Shown here: positions 8,122-17,545 of the stretch, piece by piece
Numbering within the stretch: the stretch's first letter is position 1
Layout of the letters: every line of letters starts with the position of its first letter
From: a virus
Lineage: Duplodnaviria > Caudoviricetes
Strand: one strand, 5' to 3'
IMG/VR virus record: IMGVR_UViG_3300027886_000010
Span: 1 to 33,330 of that record
DNA length: 33,330 nucleotides
Translations under genes and position numbers: made by a program
Notes under the pieces: generated by a model
The model's input: the letters and a program-made list of their open reading frames with translations, nothing else
What the model was told of the DNA's origin: nothing
Database searches by the model: none

Positions 8122-9933
8122 ATGTTCGTGCCCCCAGCACGAGAAGCCTTCAAAGACTTCTCCGTAGCAGGACTCACCGATATGGCCAACGTGGCGTCAG
8201 CGGAACTGACACCACTGGTCGCCTCGGCCCAAGAGTCCCCTGACTCGATCACCGACGAACAGCTCACCCGCATGGAAGAGCTGCAGGCGTTCGTCGCGGC
8301 GGTAGGCGAGGAGCTAGACGCCCGCCACAAGCGCGCCACGCGCGTATCAGCCATCGACGTCCCGACCCTACCCACGTTCGAGACTCCAGCCGCGGAAGCA
8401 GAGCCTGTAGTGGCAGCCGCTGAAGAGCCCGCCGCAGAAGCTGAGCCCGTAGTGGCCGCAGCAGACGGCGTCAAGGACGTAACAGCCACCACACCAGCGG
8501 TCAGCGGCGAAATCGTCGAAGCCACCGTCACCGCCTCCACCGCAGTGGCTCCACGGCGTTCCGTGCAGATCGCCGACGCCGCACCATACGCGCCGGCACC
8601 TGAGGTGATGGAAGGCGACGCCGCCTACACCATCGTCGCCGCCGCAGACGTGTCCTCATTCCCGATGGGGTCCGAGCTGACCTGGGAATCGATCGGCCGC
8701 GCCTTCGAAGAGCGGGTACGTCCCCACGGTGGCATGACCAAGGGCCGTGTGGCAGGCCGCCACCAGGCGCCGCTGGCCACCATCAAGCGCAACTTCCCAG
8801 ACGGCCAGGTTGTCATGGAAGGCGACTCGCATCAGGGCGCCTTCATGAAACTGAAGTCCACATCGGATGCCGCCGGCCGCGAAGGGGCACTGGTCGCCGC
8901 CAACGGCTGGTGCGCACCGTCCACACCGGACTACAGCATCTGCTCACCGATCACCACAGACGGTTTGCTGTCACTGCCGGAGATGGTGCTGCGCCGCGGC
9001 GGTCTGCTGCACAACCAGGGTTTGGACTTCGCCGACTTCTTCGGCAACGACCTGGTGCTGCCGATCCCCGGCTACAACATCCTGACCGAGGCGCAGGTTA
9101 TCGCCGACACCGCCAAGACGTGTGTCGAGATCCCGTGTCCGACGTTCGTGGATGACCGCCTCGACGTGGCGGCGTTGTGTTTGACGTCATCGCTGCTGCA
9201 GAACCGTGGCTACCCGGAGTTCGTGTCCGAGTTCGTTCAGGGCGCGATCGCGGCGATGGCTCACCTGGTCAACCGCGAGGTCATCAACGCCATCGAAACC
9301 GGCTCCACAGCAATCACGCTCTCAGGTGTGGACCCGTGGGCGTCTGACGGTTCGGTGTGGTCACAGCTGATGTCGGCCATCGACATGGTGGCGATGAACA
9401 TCCGTTACATGTACCGCACGTCACGTACGCAGACGGTGCAGATGGTGTTCCCGTACTGGGTCCGGACCGCGCTGCGCGCCGACTGGCTGCGCCGCAACGC
9501 CACCCACACCGAGGAACTAACGGATCAGATGGTGGACGCCGCGCTGTCTCGGAGAAACATCACTATCCAGTGGATCTACGACTGGCAGGACGCGTTCGAC
9601 CCGGCCAACGGTGCAGGCGCCATCGACGTCAACCACCAGCTGGGCAACAGCGCCGACCCGATCGCCGCAGCGCTGATGAACGTCCCGACCTCAGTCACAT
9701 TCCTGGCATTCCTGCCGGGTACGTGGATCCTGGGCCGTCAGGACGTCATCCGTCTCGACACAGTCTATGACTCAACGAATCTGCAGCAGAACCTCGTAAC
9801 GCAGCTGTTCATGGAGGACGGCTTCAAGCCGATGCGTATGTGCCAGTTCTCGTACGCGTACACCATCAACATCTGCGCCAACGGTTCCACCGGCGTACAG
9901 CGTGCAGTGACCTGCACGGACGTAACTCCATAA
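8122..9933 (+). CDS. Major capsid (hexamer) protein with N-terminal scaffold-like region
   Basis: 603 aa. Coiled-coil and Ala/Glu-rich N-terminus, then LVAANGWCAPS, LQNRGYPEFV and IRLDTVYDS..LQQN motifs as in cluster-B-like actinophage capsids. Confidence 0.9.
   Translation: MFVPPAREAFKDFSVAGLTDMANVASAELTPLVASAQESPDSITDEQLTRMEELQAFVAAVGEELDARHKRATRVSAIDVPTLPTFETPAAEAEPVVAAAEEPAAEAEPVVAAADGVKDVTATTPAVSGEIVEATVTASTAVAPRRSVQIADAAPYAPAPEVMEGDAAYTIVAAADVSSFPMGSELTWESIGRAFEERVRPHGGMTKGRVAGRHQAPLATIKRNFPDGQVVMEGDSHQGAFMKLKSTSDAAGREGALVAANGWCAPSTPDYSICSPITTDGLLSLPEMVLRRGGLLHNQGLDFADFFGNDLVLPIPGYNILTEAQVIADTAKTCVEIPCPTFVDDRLDVAALCLTSSLLQNRGYPEFVSEFVQGAIAAMAHLVNREVINAIETGSTAITLSGVDPWASDGSVWSQLMSAIDMVAMNIRYMYRTSRTQTVQMVFPYWVRTALRADWLRRNATHTEELTDQMVDAALSRRNITIQWIYDWQDAFDPANGAGAIDVNHQLGNSADPIAAALMNVPTSVTFLAFLPGTWILGRQDVIRLDTVYDSTNLQQNLVTQLFMEDGFKPMRMCQFSYAYTINICANGSTGVQRAVTCTDVTP
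8386..8463 (+). repeat. In-frame duplication PAAEAEPVVAAA x2
   Basis: Two degenerate copies with a 42-nt period in the capsid linker. Confidence 0.8.
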
Positions 9934-9941
9934 GCGACATC

Positions 9942-9965
9942 GGGGGTCAGCATCCGCTGGCCCCC
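9942..9965 (+). terminator. Intercistronic hairpin without U-tract
   Basis: GGGGGTCAGC-ATCC-GCTGGCCCCC directly after the capsid stop. Confidence 0.55.
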
Positions 9966-9992
9966 AACACAAGTCGCTTAAGGAGGTGACAC

Positions 9993-10838
9993 ATGGTAGC
10001 GACAATTCCGCCACTGCTCATTGACAAGCCCACCCCAACATTCCCGTTGCGGTACGGGCTGCTTCAGGCTGCTGTCGGACCGTTCGACCTGCCCGTCCAC
10101 GCCCGTAACGGTGGCCTGCGCTACGTGACATCGATCTGTGCGGACGGTTTCGGCTACGACATCGCCTGCATCGGTGCCACGGCAAGCAAAACAGCCAGCT
10201 TCGCCGCCGGATCCACCACAGTCACCGGCACACCGTTCATCATCTACGCCACGATGACCTGTGGCACGGTCGGTTTCACTTACGACGAACAACGCGCCAT
10301 GGTCGTGGAGCGCCTCAAGTCGGTGGAGCAGGCAGTTCTGGAAGACATCTTCTCCCAGTCCAGCAACGGGCAGGCGCCTGGTCTTATTGCCGCTGACGGC
10401 ATTGCCACAGTGGTGGGCGCTGGCGACACCATCACCGATGTGGTGGGGGAACTGGAACGGGCCATGTACTGCGGCGCGGTGTCCTACGGGCCGCCGGCCT
10501 ACCTGCATGTGCCGATCCCGGCGTTTCTGCGGATGAAACAGGAACATTTGATCGAGTTCGACGGAACCCGTTGGCGCACACCAATCGGCACAGTTGTGTC
10601 GACGGGCTGCTACGCCAACGAAGACCCTGCCGGAGCCGCGCCAGCTGACGGTGTGTTTTGGCTTTACATCACCGGGCAGACCGCGATCTGGCGGACACCG
10701 GATTCGGCTATTCAGGTGGCGCCGGTGGAAGGTTCCCTGAACCGCACCACGAACCAGATGTTGATGCTGGCCGAACGAGAGTACGTGGTCACCTACGAAT
10801 GTGGTGGCTTCGCCAAGGCGGTGACCCTGTGGACGTAG
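9993..10838 (+). CDS. Putative major capsid pentamer (second capsid) protein
   Basis: 281 aa, SD AAGGAGG. LRYGLLQAA, PFIIYAT..C, RTPIGTVV...GCY and TNQMLMLAEREYVVTYEC motifs. Directly follows the major capsid gene. Confidence 0.7.
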   Translation: MVATIPPLLIDKPTPTFPLRYGLLQAAVGPFDLPVHARNGGLRYVTSICADGFGYDIACIGATASKTASFAAGSTTVTGTPFIIYATMTCGTVGFTYDEQRAMVVERLKSVEQAVLEDIFSQSSNGQAPGLIAADGIATVVGAGDTITDVVGELERAMYCGAVSYGPPAYLHVPIPAFLRMKQEHLIEFDGTRWRTPIGTVVSTGCYANEDPAGAAPADGVFWLYITGQTAIWRTPDSAIQVAPVEGSLNRTTNQMLMLAEREYVVTYECGGFAKAVTLWT

Positions 10839-11086
10839 TGATCATCACCCCGGAACCGGGCAAGGACAAAGAGATCGGGCAGCGGCTACTTGCGCTGGCC
10901 GACAGTCCACGCGACGTGCAGTGGGTGACATGGCCAGCCGCCGGGTTCTCGGTGCCACTGGACTTGTTCGCCAAATTCGACGCCGAAGGTGACGAGACAG
11001 AGGCCGCCGAGGAAGAGGTGCCTGCAAAGCGCCGGCGCCGCCGCAGCAAGGAAAGCACGGACAACAACACTTCTGAGGAGGAGTAA
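10829..11086 (+). CDS. Small hypothetical virion-region protein (85 aa)
   Basis: GTG 10829 behind AAGGCGG. Acidic then basic tail. TAATG coupling to the major tail gene. Confidence 0.7.
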   Translation: MDVVIITPEPGKDKEIGQRLLALADSPRDVQWVTWPAAGFSVPLDLFAKFDAEGDETEAAEEEVPAKRRRRRSKESTDNNTSEEE

Positions 11087-12036
11087 TGGTTGCACAGTGC
11101 CATAGCGTTGTCCGCGCACCAGCTGCGCGAGTGACACGGCTAGGGCCATGTGGGGAAATCCTGGAAGAGGCCTGCGCCTACGCCGTCACCGAGTCGTTTG
11201 TGGACATCACGTTGACCAGGGTGTTGCAGGACCGTCAGGACGCGTTGCAGCTCAACGCGAACGGTGACATCTGTGTGGACAAGCCGAAGGCTCCGATTCT
11301 GCGCTGGTACGAGGTGACGATCACCTTCTGCGGTGTGGACCCCGAGTTGTTCAACATTGTCTCCGCGGAGCCGCTGATCCTGGACGACTCGCTGACACCG
11401 GAAGCTGTCGGCTGGTGCACGCTACCCGATTCGGCCGCGTCCTCGAACTTTGCTCTGGAGTTTTGGACAGGCACCGAAGATGAAGGCTGTGACGACGACG
11501 ACACCATCTACGGCTACGGCATCCTTCCCCGCGTCACCCAAGGCATGATCGGCGATGTCACCATCGCCAACGGTGTCATCAACTTCACCGTCACCGCGAT
11601 CACCCGCCCCGGCAACCAGTGGGGTGTAGGTCCCTACAACGTCATCATCAACGAAACAGGTGCCAACGCGGGTCTGCCAGGGCCGCTGCTGGTGGCCATC
11701 GACCCGACCGCGCACAAGTGTTTCCAGTGGACCAAGTTGGGACCACCGGAAGGCTTCTGCGGCTGTCAGTCGCTGGACCCGGAGGACCTGGTGTTCTCGG
11801 TGACGCCGACCGTTGGCGCCGCGGCGCTGCCGCGTACCGCCACGTTCCCTGTCGACGGCAACGGCGATCCGCTGCTGCCGGGAATCATCGACTGGGGCGA
11901 CCTGACCGCTGACGAGGTGGTCACGTCGGGTACCTCGGTGCAGCACACCTACGTTGCCGGCGCCTACGTCCCCACCTACCGGTGGACCGGTGGTTCCGGA
12001 ACCACATACACCTCTCCCACTGTCACCGTTTCGTAA
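11086..12036 (+). CDS. Major tail protein with C-terminal PKD/Ig-like domain
   Basis: RVTRLGPCG, NANGDICV, FCGVDPEL and NFALEFWT motifs. C-terminal IDWGD...HTYVAGAY. Confidence 0.88.
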   Translation: MVAQCHSVVRAPAARVTRLGPCGEILEEACAYAVTESFVDITLTRVLQDRQDALQLNANGDICVDKPKAPILRWYEVTITFCGVDPELFNIVSAEPLILDDSLTPEAVGWCTLPDSAASSNFALEFWTGTEDEGCDDDDTIYGYGILPRVTQGMIGDVTIANGVINFTVTAITRPGNQWGVGPYNVIINETGANAGLPGPLLVAIDPTAHKCFQWTKLGPPEGFCGCQSLDPEDLVFSVTPTVGAAALPRTATFPVDGNGDPLLPGIIDWGDLTADEVVTSGTSVQHTYVAGAYVPTYRWTGGSGTTYTSPTVTVS

Positions 12037-12047
12037 GGAGGCTTGCC

Positions 12048-12602
12048 ATGGCAGGCGGTTCACTAACCATCACTGTCCCCACCTATGCAGCCTTGCAGAC
12101 GGTGGCTCAGCGGGTCACCTGCTGGGCCGGCGGCACCACAGCCGCTGGGGTGGTCAACAACCGGCAGATCCAGATTCTGTCCACCACACCGGCGATCCGG
12201 ATCCCGGAGGAATTGTTCACCATCGGCGCGCTGGCCCTGGAACCGGGTGGTTCGGACCTGTTGTCGGGCTATGTGCCGGGTACGCACATCACGTTCGCGG
12301 CGAACAACGGCACAGCCGCATACCAGAACCCGAACACCTGCGCCGCTTCGGCTGCGCAGCCGACGATCACCACGATCGCCATGAACGTGGGCTCGAACCC
12401 GCTGGCGATCACCTTGAACTACACGAACACCGGTCAGGGTTTGGTGGACATCACCTGGGGCGACGGCACATCCACACTTGGCGCCGCTGAGTCTGGCGCT
12501 GCCCCGCACACGTTCCCGTACCGGCCTGGCATATACACGGTTCGTGTTGCCGACGCTGGAACCCCGGCAACATACATCGAAACCCAGGTGTACGTCCCGT
12601 AA
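12048..12602 (+). CDS. Virion protein with C-terminal PKD-like domain
   Basis: SD AAGGAGG, ATG 12048. ITWGDGT...HTFPYRPGIYTVRV. Confidence 0.75.
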   Translation: MAGGSLTITVPTYAALQTVAQRVTCWAGGTTAAGVVNNRQIQILSTTPAIRIPEELFTIGALALEPGGSDLLSGYVPGTHITFAANNGTAAYQNPNTCAASAAQPTITTIAMNVGSNPLAITLNYTNTGQGLVDITWGDGTSTLGAAESGAAPHTFPYRPGIYTVRVADAGTPATYIETQVYVP

Positions 12603-12650
12603 GGTAGGTTTACCTAGTTGATGTAACAGTGTGGCGGGAAGGGGACGGCT

Positions 12651-13439
12651 GTGGCTGTGGGGCCATGCGATTGGGAAGTCCCCGACCCGCTTTGCTGTGC
12701 GGAAGAGTGGGCGCTGGTTGACCCTGCCATCCAGGCCGCTGCTCGCGAATACGCGGCGCTGATTCTATGGGCCGCCACCGGTCGCCAGTTCGGCCTGTGC
12801 GAGGTCACTGTTCGTCCTTGCGGCATGAAACGATGCCCTGATGGCAGCGGCGAATTCTGGGGTTACGACTGGTCCGGCGGGACGTGGGTTCCCTACATCT
12901 TCAACGGTCAGTGGTTCAACTGTGGATGCGGGGCAGGTTGCTGCTGCGACCCGCGATGCCAGGTGCGGCTCATGGGGCCTGTTTCGGAAATCGTCGAAGT
13001 CCTCATCGGCGGAATCGCTGTCGACCCTGCTACCTACCGCGTGGACGATGAGCATTGGCTGGTGCGTACCGCAGGCGAATGCTGGCCGCGGTGTGCGGAC
13101 ATGGACACCGACGACGGGGACAACGTCTTCCAGGTGACGTATCTGCGTGGCACACCGGTGCCTGCGCCGCTGTTGACGGCTGCCTCAACGTTGGCTTGTG
13201 AGTGGGCTAAGGCGTGTGTCGGTTCGGACACGTGCCGGCTGTCCAACCGTGTCACCTCCATCATTCGGCAGGGCATCACCATTGACATGGTGGATCCGCA
13301 GTCGCTGCTGGAGTCGGGGCTGACCGGGCTGTGGGAGGTTGATGCTTTGGTGGTGGCTTTGAATCCGAACCGGCTGCCGCAGCGGCTGCGTATCTACGCA
13401 CCAGAACTCAATGTTCCCCGCATGACGACGTGGCCGTGA
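12651..13439 (+). CDS. Head-to-tail adaptor, Cys-rich
   Basis: ILWAATGRQFG, VTVRPC, RVTSIIRQGIT and TGLWEVD...NP motifs, plus synteny. Confidence 0.8.
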   Translation: MAVGPCDWEVPDPLCCAEEWALVDPAIQAAAREYAALILWAATGRQFGLCEVTVRPCGMKRCPDGSGEFWGYDWSGGTWVPYIFNGQWFNCGCGAGCCCDPRCQVRLMGPVSEIVEVLIGGIAVDPATYRVDDEHWLVRTAGECWPRCADMDTDDGDNVFQVTYLRGTPVPAPLLTAASTLACEWAKACVGSDTCRLSNRVTSIIRQGITIDMVDPQSLLESGLTGLWEVDALVVALNPNRLPQRLRIYAPELNVPRMTTWP

Positions 13440-13440
13440 C

Positions 13441-13968
13441 ATGGCTGACACTACGATTCTGCCGTTGGCGCAGGCGTTCCTGGACTGCCTGACCACTGAG
13501 CTGGCGCTGAATCCTGACCCGCCGGCCAATGCGTGTCTGCAGGTGTCCAATCAGGTGATTCATGATGTGGACGCCGGGTTGAGCACCGACAAGGTGTGCT
13601 GTCCCGGCTTGAACTATGTCCGTATCGGCACTGTCTATCCAAGCACGGACTTCCCGGCCCCGGACACCCGCAACGACAAGTGCCTGTCACTGTCACGGGC
13701 GGTCGAGTTCACGGCTGGGGTGATCCGTTGCATCCCCGGTATGGGTTCCACGGCTGGTCCCACGTGTGCTGACTGGACTTTGGCGGCCACCCATGACGCC
13801 AACGACATCGATGCTTTGTTCAAGGCGGTGTGCTGCTTCACCGAGACCACGGAGTTTAGGCAGATGCGGGGGCGCCGGTGGGCGGTGCAGTCGTCTACGG
13901 TGGAGCAGACCGCTGACTGTGTCGAGCGGATGCTGCTGTTGACGGTGGAACTCAGGAAGTGCTGCTGA
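13441..13968 (+). CDS. Probable tail terminator/completion protein, Cys-rich
   Basis: Position, size, and YVRIG..YPS..FP and GVIRC motifs. Confidence 0.6.
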   Translation: MADTTILPLAQAFLDCLTTELALNPDPPANACLQVSNQVIHDVDAGLSTDKVCCPGLNYVRIGTVYPSTDFPAPDTRNDKCLSLSRAVEFTAGVIRCIPGMGSTAGPTCADWTLAATHDANDIDALFKAVCCFTETTEFRQMRGRRWAVQSSTVEQTADCVERMLLLTVELRKCC

Positions 13969-14252
13969 TGGACGAGGTTAAAGCTGTGGTGTCGTTCGGC
14001 ACGCTGCGTCGCGGTGACCGTTTGCAGGTGGACATCCACGACCCCGCGGTGGCAGGCTTGATCAAGGGCGGCTACCTGAAGGTGATTTGGAGGCACCCCG
14101 ATGGCGGACAAATGGATAGTGCCGCTGGTCCTGAGCTGCCTGGCCTTGTTTCTGCTGGCGGTATGGATCCCGGTGATCCGGGACCAGCGGAGGAAGAAGT
14201 AGATGGCACGGGTGAACATCGACCAGAATCGCAAGGTGCTGACGGCGCATAG
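13968..14252 (+). CDS. Hypothetical protein
   Basis: TGATG coupling (MDEVKAVV...). Overlaps the next gene by 50 nt. Confidence 0.6.
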   Translation: MDEVKAVVSFGTLRRGDRLQVDIHDPAVAGLIKGGYLKVIWRHPDGGQMDSAAGPELPGLVSAGGMDPGDPGPAEEEVDGTGEHRPESQGADGA

Positions 14253-14730
14253 GCTGGCAGGTCCGCACCATCGGCGCACCAGTGACCTGATTGTGCAGGG
14301 CGCCCGGCGGCTGGCTCGTCGCGGCAGTCATCGTTCTGGTTCCGGGGTGCCTAAGCGGGGCATGTCTTTGGTCAATTCGCTGCACATCAATTCGCGTAGC
14401 AGCATGTTTGTGCTCTCGGATCTGGTGGGTTCCAGCAACCGCTATGCCGCGTCTGAGCATCAGGGTTCCCAGGCCCATTTCATCAACTCTCGCGGCAAGA
14501 TGCTCAAGTTCGAATGGGAACGCGGCAACATCATCGTGCGTGCCCGTGGCCGTCGCGGCAGGGTGCGTGGCCGCCCCGGACCAGCGGGGAACTTCTTCTT
14601 TTTCGCCAGGGTTCGTCATCCTGGCAACAAGCGGCCGGTGCGTTACCTGACCACCCCGATGCACCTTTACGGCCGTTTGCGCGGATACGTGACTTCTTCG
14701 GCGCGGGTGAACCGGACGCGCCTGCCGTAA
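14203..14730 (+). CDS. Basic neck/tail-completion protein (HK97 gp10-like)
   Basis: SD GGAGGA. YAASEHQGSQAHFI...LKFEW...VRHPG...YL pattern. Confidence 0.7.
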   Translation: MARVNIDQNRKVLTAHRLAGPHHRRTSDLIVQGARRLARRGSHRSGSGVPKRGMSLVNSLHINSRSSMFVLSDLVGSSNRYAASEHQGSQAHFINSRGKMLKFEWERGNIIVRARGRRGRVRGRPGPAGNFFFFARVRHPGNKRPVRYLTTPMHLYGRLRGYVTSSARVNRTRLP

Positions 14731-14740
14731 CATAGTCCAC

Positions 14741-15181
14741 ATGGCCGACGAAGGTGCTGTAGCTACGTTCGAGTACACGGTGGGTGGGCGCCTGCTCACG
14801 TTCAAAAAGATCACCATCCCGCAGATCACCATGCTCAAACGCTACGTTGAGTCTCTCAAGCTCAAGTCTGCAGCTGCCATAGAAGCCGAAGACATCACCA
14901 CCGTCATGGCGCTGACCCGCAAAATGAACGAAGCCACGTGGACCACAGTGGAAAGCCAGTTCACCAGCCCGGAAGACCTGGAATGGGTGCAGCTGGAAAT
15001 CATCGCCGGGAGGCTGCAGGAAGAAGACCTGATGCCGCTGCTGTCCAACGGAACCCTGCAAACGGCACCACCCGACGACGACGCCGACCCGACACCGGCC
15101 AAGAGGCCAGGGCGCAAAGCGCCGGCGAAGAAAGCAGCCCCAGCGAAAAAGACGGCCAACCCGAGCCGTGCGAAACGCTGA
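14741..15181 (+). CDS. Probable tail assembly chaperone
   Basis: Second gene before the tape measure. Leaderless promoter TAACAT, 7 nt, then ATG. PAKK-rich C-terminus. Confidence 0.65.
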   Translation: MADEGAVATFEYTVGGRLLTFKKITIPQITMLKRYVESLKLKSAAAIEAEDITTVMALTRKMNEATWTTVESQFTSPEDLEWVQLEIIAGRLQEEDLMPLLSNGTLQTAPPDDDADPTPAKRPGRKAPAKKAAPAKKTANPSRAKR

Positions 15182-15701
15182 TGTCCTCGTCCAAGTGCGA
15201 CCTGCACGAGTGTCTGTCACGTGTCACGAACGTCGATGGACACTCGATTTGGACACTGCAGATCACTGGGTGGGAGCAGTGGGCTACGACCTGGAAAGCC
15301 TTGCAGGGGTTTTTCCAGGATCTATTGGTGACGGTGACGTTGACGCCATGTATCACCTGGCAGTGTCCGACCCTGACATTGACCGTCGCTGGCGCAACGC
15401 CGCTCGTGTCGCAGTTGGTAGGGGCAGCGGGCGGGATTGGTGGTGGAGCGTCAACCTCATCCGAAAGGCCCTGTCCGGGTGGCCCTACGTCAACGGAAAA
15501 CTTCTGCTGGCCGGAGTGTCCGCATCCCGGTTGCCGCTGCCCGACTGGCTTGATGCGTGCTACATGCTGATCTGGTCCGGCAGCGACGAGAAGGAACGGA
15601 TCAAATTGGACCTGGAACTGTCGATGCCGCCAGCAGGAACAGCGGTGCGTCAGTCGAAGGCGGCCAAGGTGAAAATGGCGGAGAGCTTCGCCGCTGACTA
15701 A
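15168..15701 (+). CDS. Probable second tail assembly chaperone
   Basis: Immediately precedes the tape measure. GRDWWWSVNL and LPLPDWLDACY motifs. Confidence 0.6.
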   Translation: MRNADVLVQVRPARVSVTCHERRWTLDLDTADHWVGAVGYDLESLAGVFPGSIGDGDVDAMYHLAVSDPDIDRRWRNAARVAVGRGSGRDWWWSVNLIRKALSGWPYVNGKLLLAGVSASRLPLPDWLDACYMLIWSGSDEKERIKLDLELSMPPAGTAVRQSKAAKVKMAESFAAD

Positions 15702-15730
15702 ACCCAGTCGATCTCCTCTACTATGTTGAC

Positions 15731-17545
15731 ATGACAGTTCTCGGTGAGGCGTTTATTGAGGTCCGTTCGGACCTTAAGCCGTTCATCCGGGATCTGGACA
15801 AAGAGGTCAAACGTGCTGCTGAGAGCATGGAGAGGCAGCTCAAAGAGTCGCTGTCCCGAGGCCTCGGCGGTGGCCTTAACGACAAGGACAGTGAAGTCCT
15901 CGGCGAAAAGCTGGGTGACGGTGTCGGCCGTGGCATGGGCCGCAAGCTAGGCGACAAAAAGAAGCCGCCTTACATTTCGATCACTGCAGCGCTGGCATCC
16001 GCACTTGACGACGGCCTATCGGCACTGCCAGCTGAAGTCAAAGCTGGCATCGTTGGCGGCATCCTACTGTCGCTGCCGTTCATCTCTGCAGCTTTGGCTG
16101 GCGCCACCGCGGCAGCGTTGGGTGCGGGTTTGGCTGGTGTCGGCACGCTGCTGGCATTCCAATACGATGAAGTCGAAGAGGCTGGTCTGCACCTGGCAGA
16201 CAGCCTGCGCGAGGATCTGGTCGGTGCCGCGGAGCCATTCGTCGATGTGCTCATCGGATCGTTCCGGTTCATTGAGCAGTCGGTGGAGGCACTCAAGCCA
16301 CGGCTGGAACGAATCTTCGCCACCTCATCGACGTTCGTCGGTCCATTGGTGGAAGGCCTGGTCGACGCATTTGACTTCATCACTGAAAGCTTCGATGCGG
16401 TAGCCAGCAACCTGAAGCCATTCGTCAAGGAGCTGGCCAACGGCTTCGCCGTCATCGGCGACGCAATCGGCCAGTCACTGGAAATCCTTGTCAATACAGG
16501 AGAAGAGGGTGAACAGGGGCTGCGTGATCTGCTCTATGCAGCTGGGCTGCTGCTCGTCACATTTGCCCGTATCGTCGCCGCCCTCACTGAACTCTACGGC
16601 GTCGTCCGTGACATCTCTGAGGCTGTGCCCATTCTCGTCGGCCCGCTGTCAATCTTCTTCGAAGCAGCCGATAAGGGGGCTGAAAACGTAAATCAGTACG
16701 GTGACGCCACGGCTGGATTGACGGAAAAGATCCTTGGGGCCATTAGCGCCACCGACCGGGAAACGAATTCCCTCAAAGAAGCCGCCGCCGCCATGGACAA
16801 AGCACGCGACGCAGCATTCGGACTGGTCGATGCCACCTTGAACTATGAGGAAAGCATCGACGACCTGTCCGACACGCTCAAAGAGAACGGGCGCACATTC
16901 ACCGCCGAAACGGAGAAGGGACGCGAAAACATCCGCGCCGTCGGTGACGCCATCAAAGCAGCACAAGCCGACGCGGAGAAACGTTTCCAGGAAGGCAAAC
17001 TCAACGCCGAAGAAGCCAACGCCCTGTACCGCGCTGAAGTCGACGAGATCCTGCGCATCGCCCGAGCGCACGGCATCTCCGAAGCAGCCATCCGCGGCGT
17101 GTACGACGAAGCCATCAAACTGGTCAACTTGCCGCAACCCGACACCGGCTGGCTCACCCAGATCGCGTCGGGCGCCAACCTGACCGCGGCAGCGCTGGAA
17201 CGTGCCCTCAAAGCGGCGCAGCGACTCAACAGCGGCGCGGGTGGTGTCGGTGGCGGCAGAGGTCCAGGCGGCTTCACCGAATTCGCCGAAGGCGGCATCG
17301 TCCACACCCCGACCAACGCCATTATTGGTGATGCTGGTTCCGAAGTGGTCATTCCGTTGACACGCCCGGCACGTGCCGCCGAGCTGATGCGTCTGTCCGG
17401 TTTGGACAAGATGCTGCAGCCGGCCACGCCGACAGTGAACGTGTTCGTCGGCAACGAACAACTTGACGCCCGGACCTACCGCATCGTCACCGAAAACAAC
17501 AATGCGCTGAGCACCAGCCTGGCATTCGGGGCGAGGGGACTTTAA
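15731..17545 (+). CDS. Tape measure protein (short, 604 aa)
   Basis: N-terminal LGEAFIEVRSD, Ala/Gly-rich amphipathic helices, C-terminal FAEGGIV...IGDAGSEVVIPL. Confidence 0.9.
   Translation: MTVLGEAFIEVRSDLKPFIRDLDKEVKRAAESMERQLKESLSRGLGGGLNDKDSEVLGEKLGDGVGRGMGRKLGDKKKPPYISITAALASALDDGLSALPAEVKAGIVGGILLSLPFISAALAGATAAALGAGLAGVGTLLAFQYDEVEEAGLHLADSLREDLVGAAEPFVDVLIGSFRFIEQSVEALKPRLERIFATSSTFVGPLVEGLVDAFDFITESFDAVASNLKPFVKELANGFAVIGDAIGQSLEILVNTGEEGEQGLRDLLYAAGLLLVTFARIVAALTELYGVVRDISEAVPILVGPLSIFFEAADKGAENVNQYGDATAGLTEKILGAISATDRETNSLKEAAAAMDKARDAAFGLVDATLNYEESIDDLSDTLKENGRTFTAETEKGRENIRAVGDAIKAAQADAEKRFQEGKLNAEEANALYRAEVDEILRIARAHGISEAAIRGVYDEAIKLVNLPQPDTGWLTQIASGANLTAAALERALKAAQRLNSGAGGVGGGRGPGGFTEFAEGGIVHTPTNAIIGDAGSEVVIPLTRPARAAELMRLSGLDKMLQPATPTVNVFVGNEQLDARTYRIVTENNNALSTSLAFGARGL

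Noticed and set aside
11982-12047. Frameshift fusion of the major tail protein to the next PKD protein
   Set aside because: The -1 frame is open, but no slippery site is visible and the downstream gene has its own strong SD.
15100-15165. PAKK repeats as a histone-like gene
   Set aside because: It is only a short low-complexity tail of the chaperone, common in actinobacterial proteins.
15100-15200. Programmed -1 frameshift between the tail chaperones
   Set aside because: The second ORF is in the +1 frame and I see no X XXY YYZ heptamer. The -1 frame ORF (14938..15570) looks non-coding.
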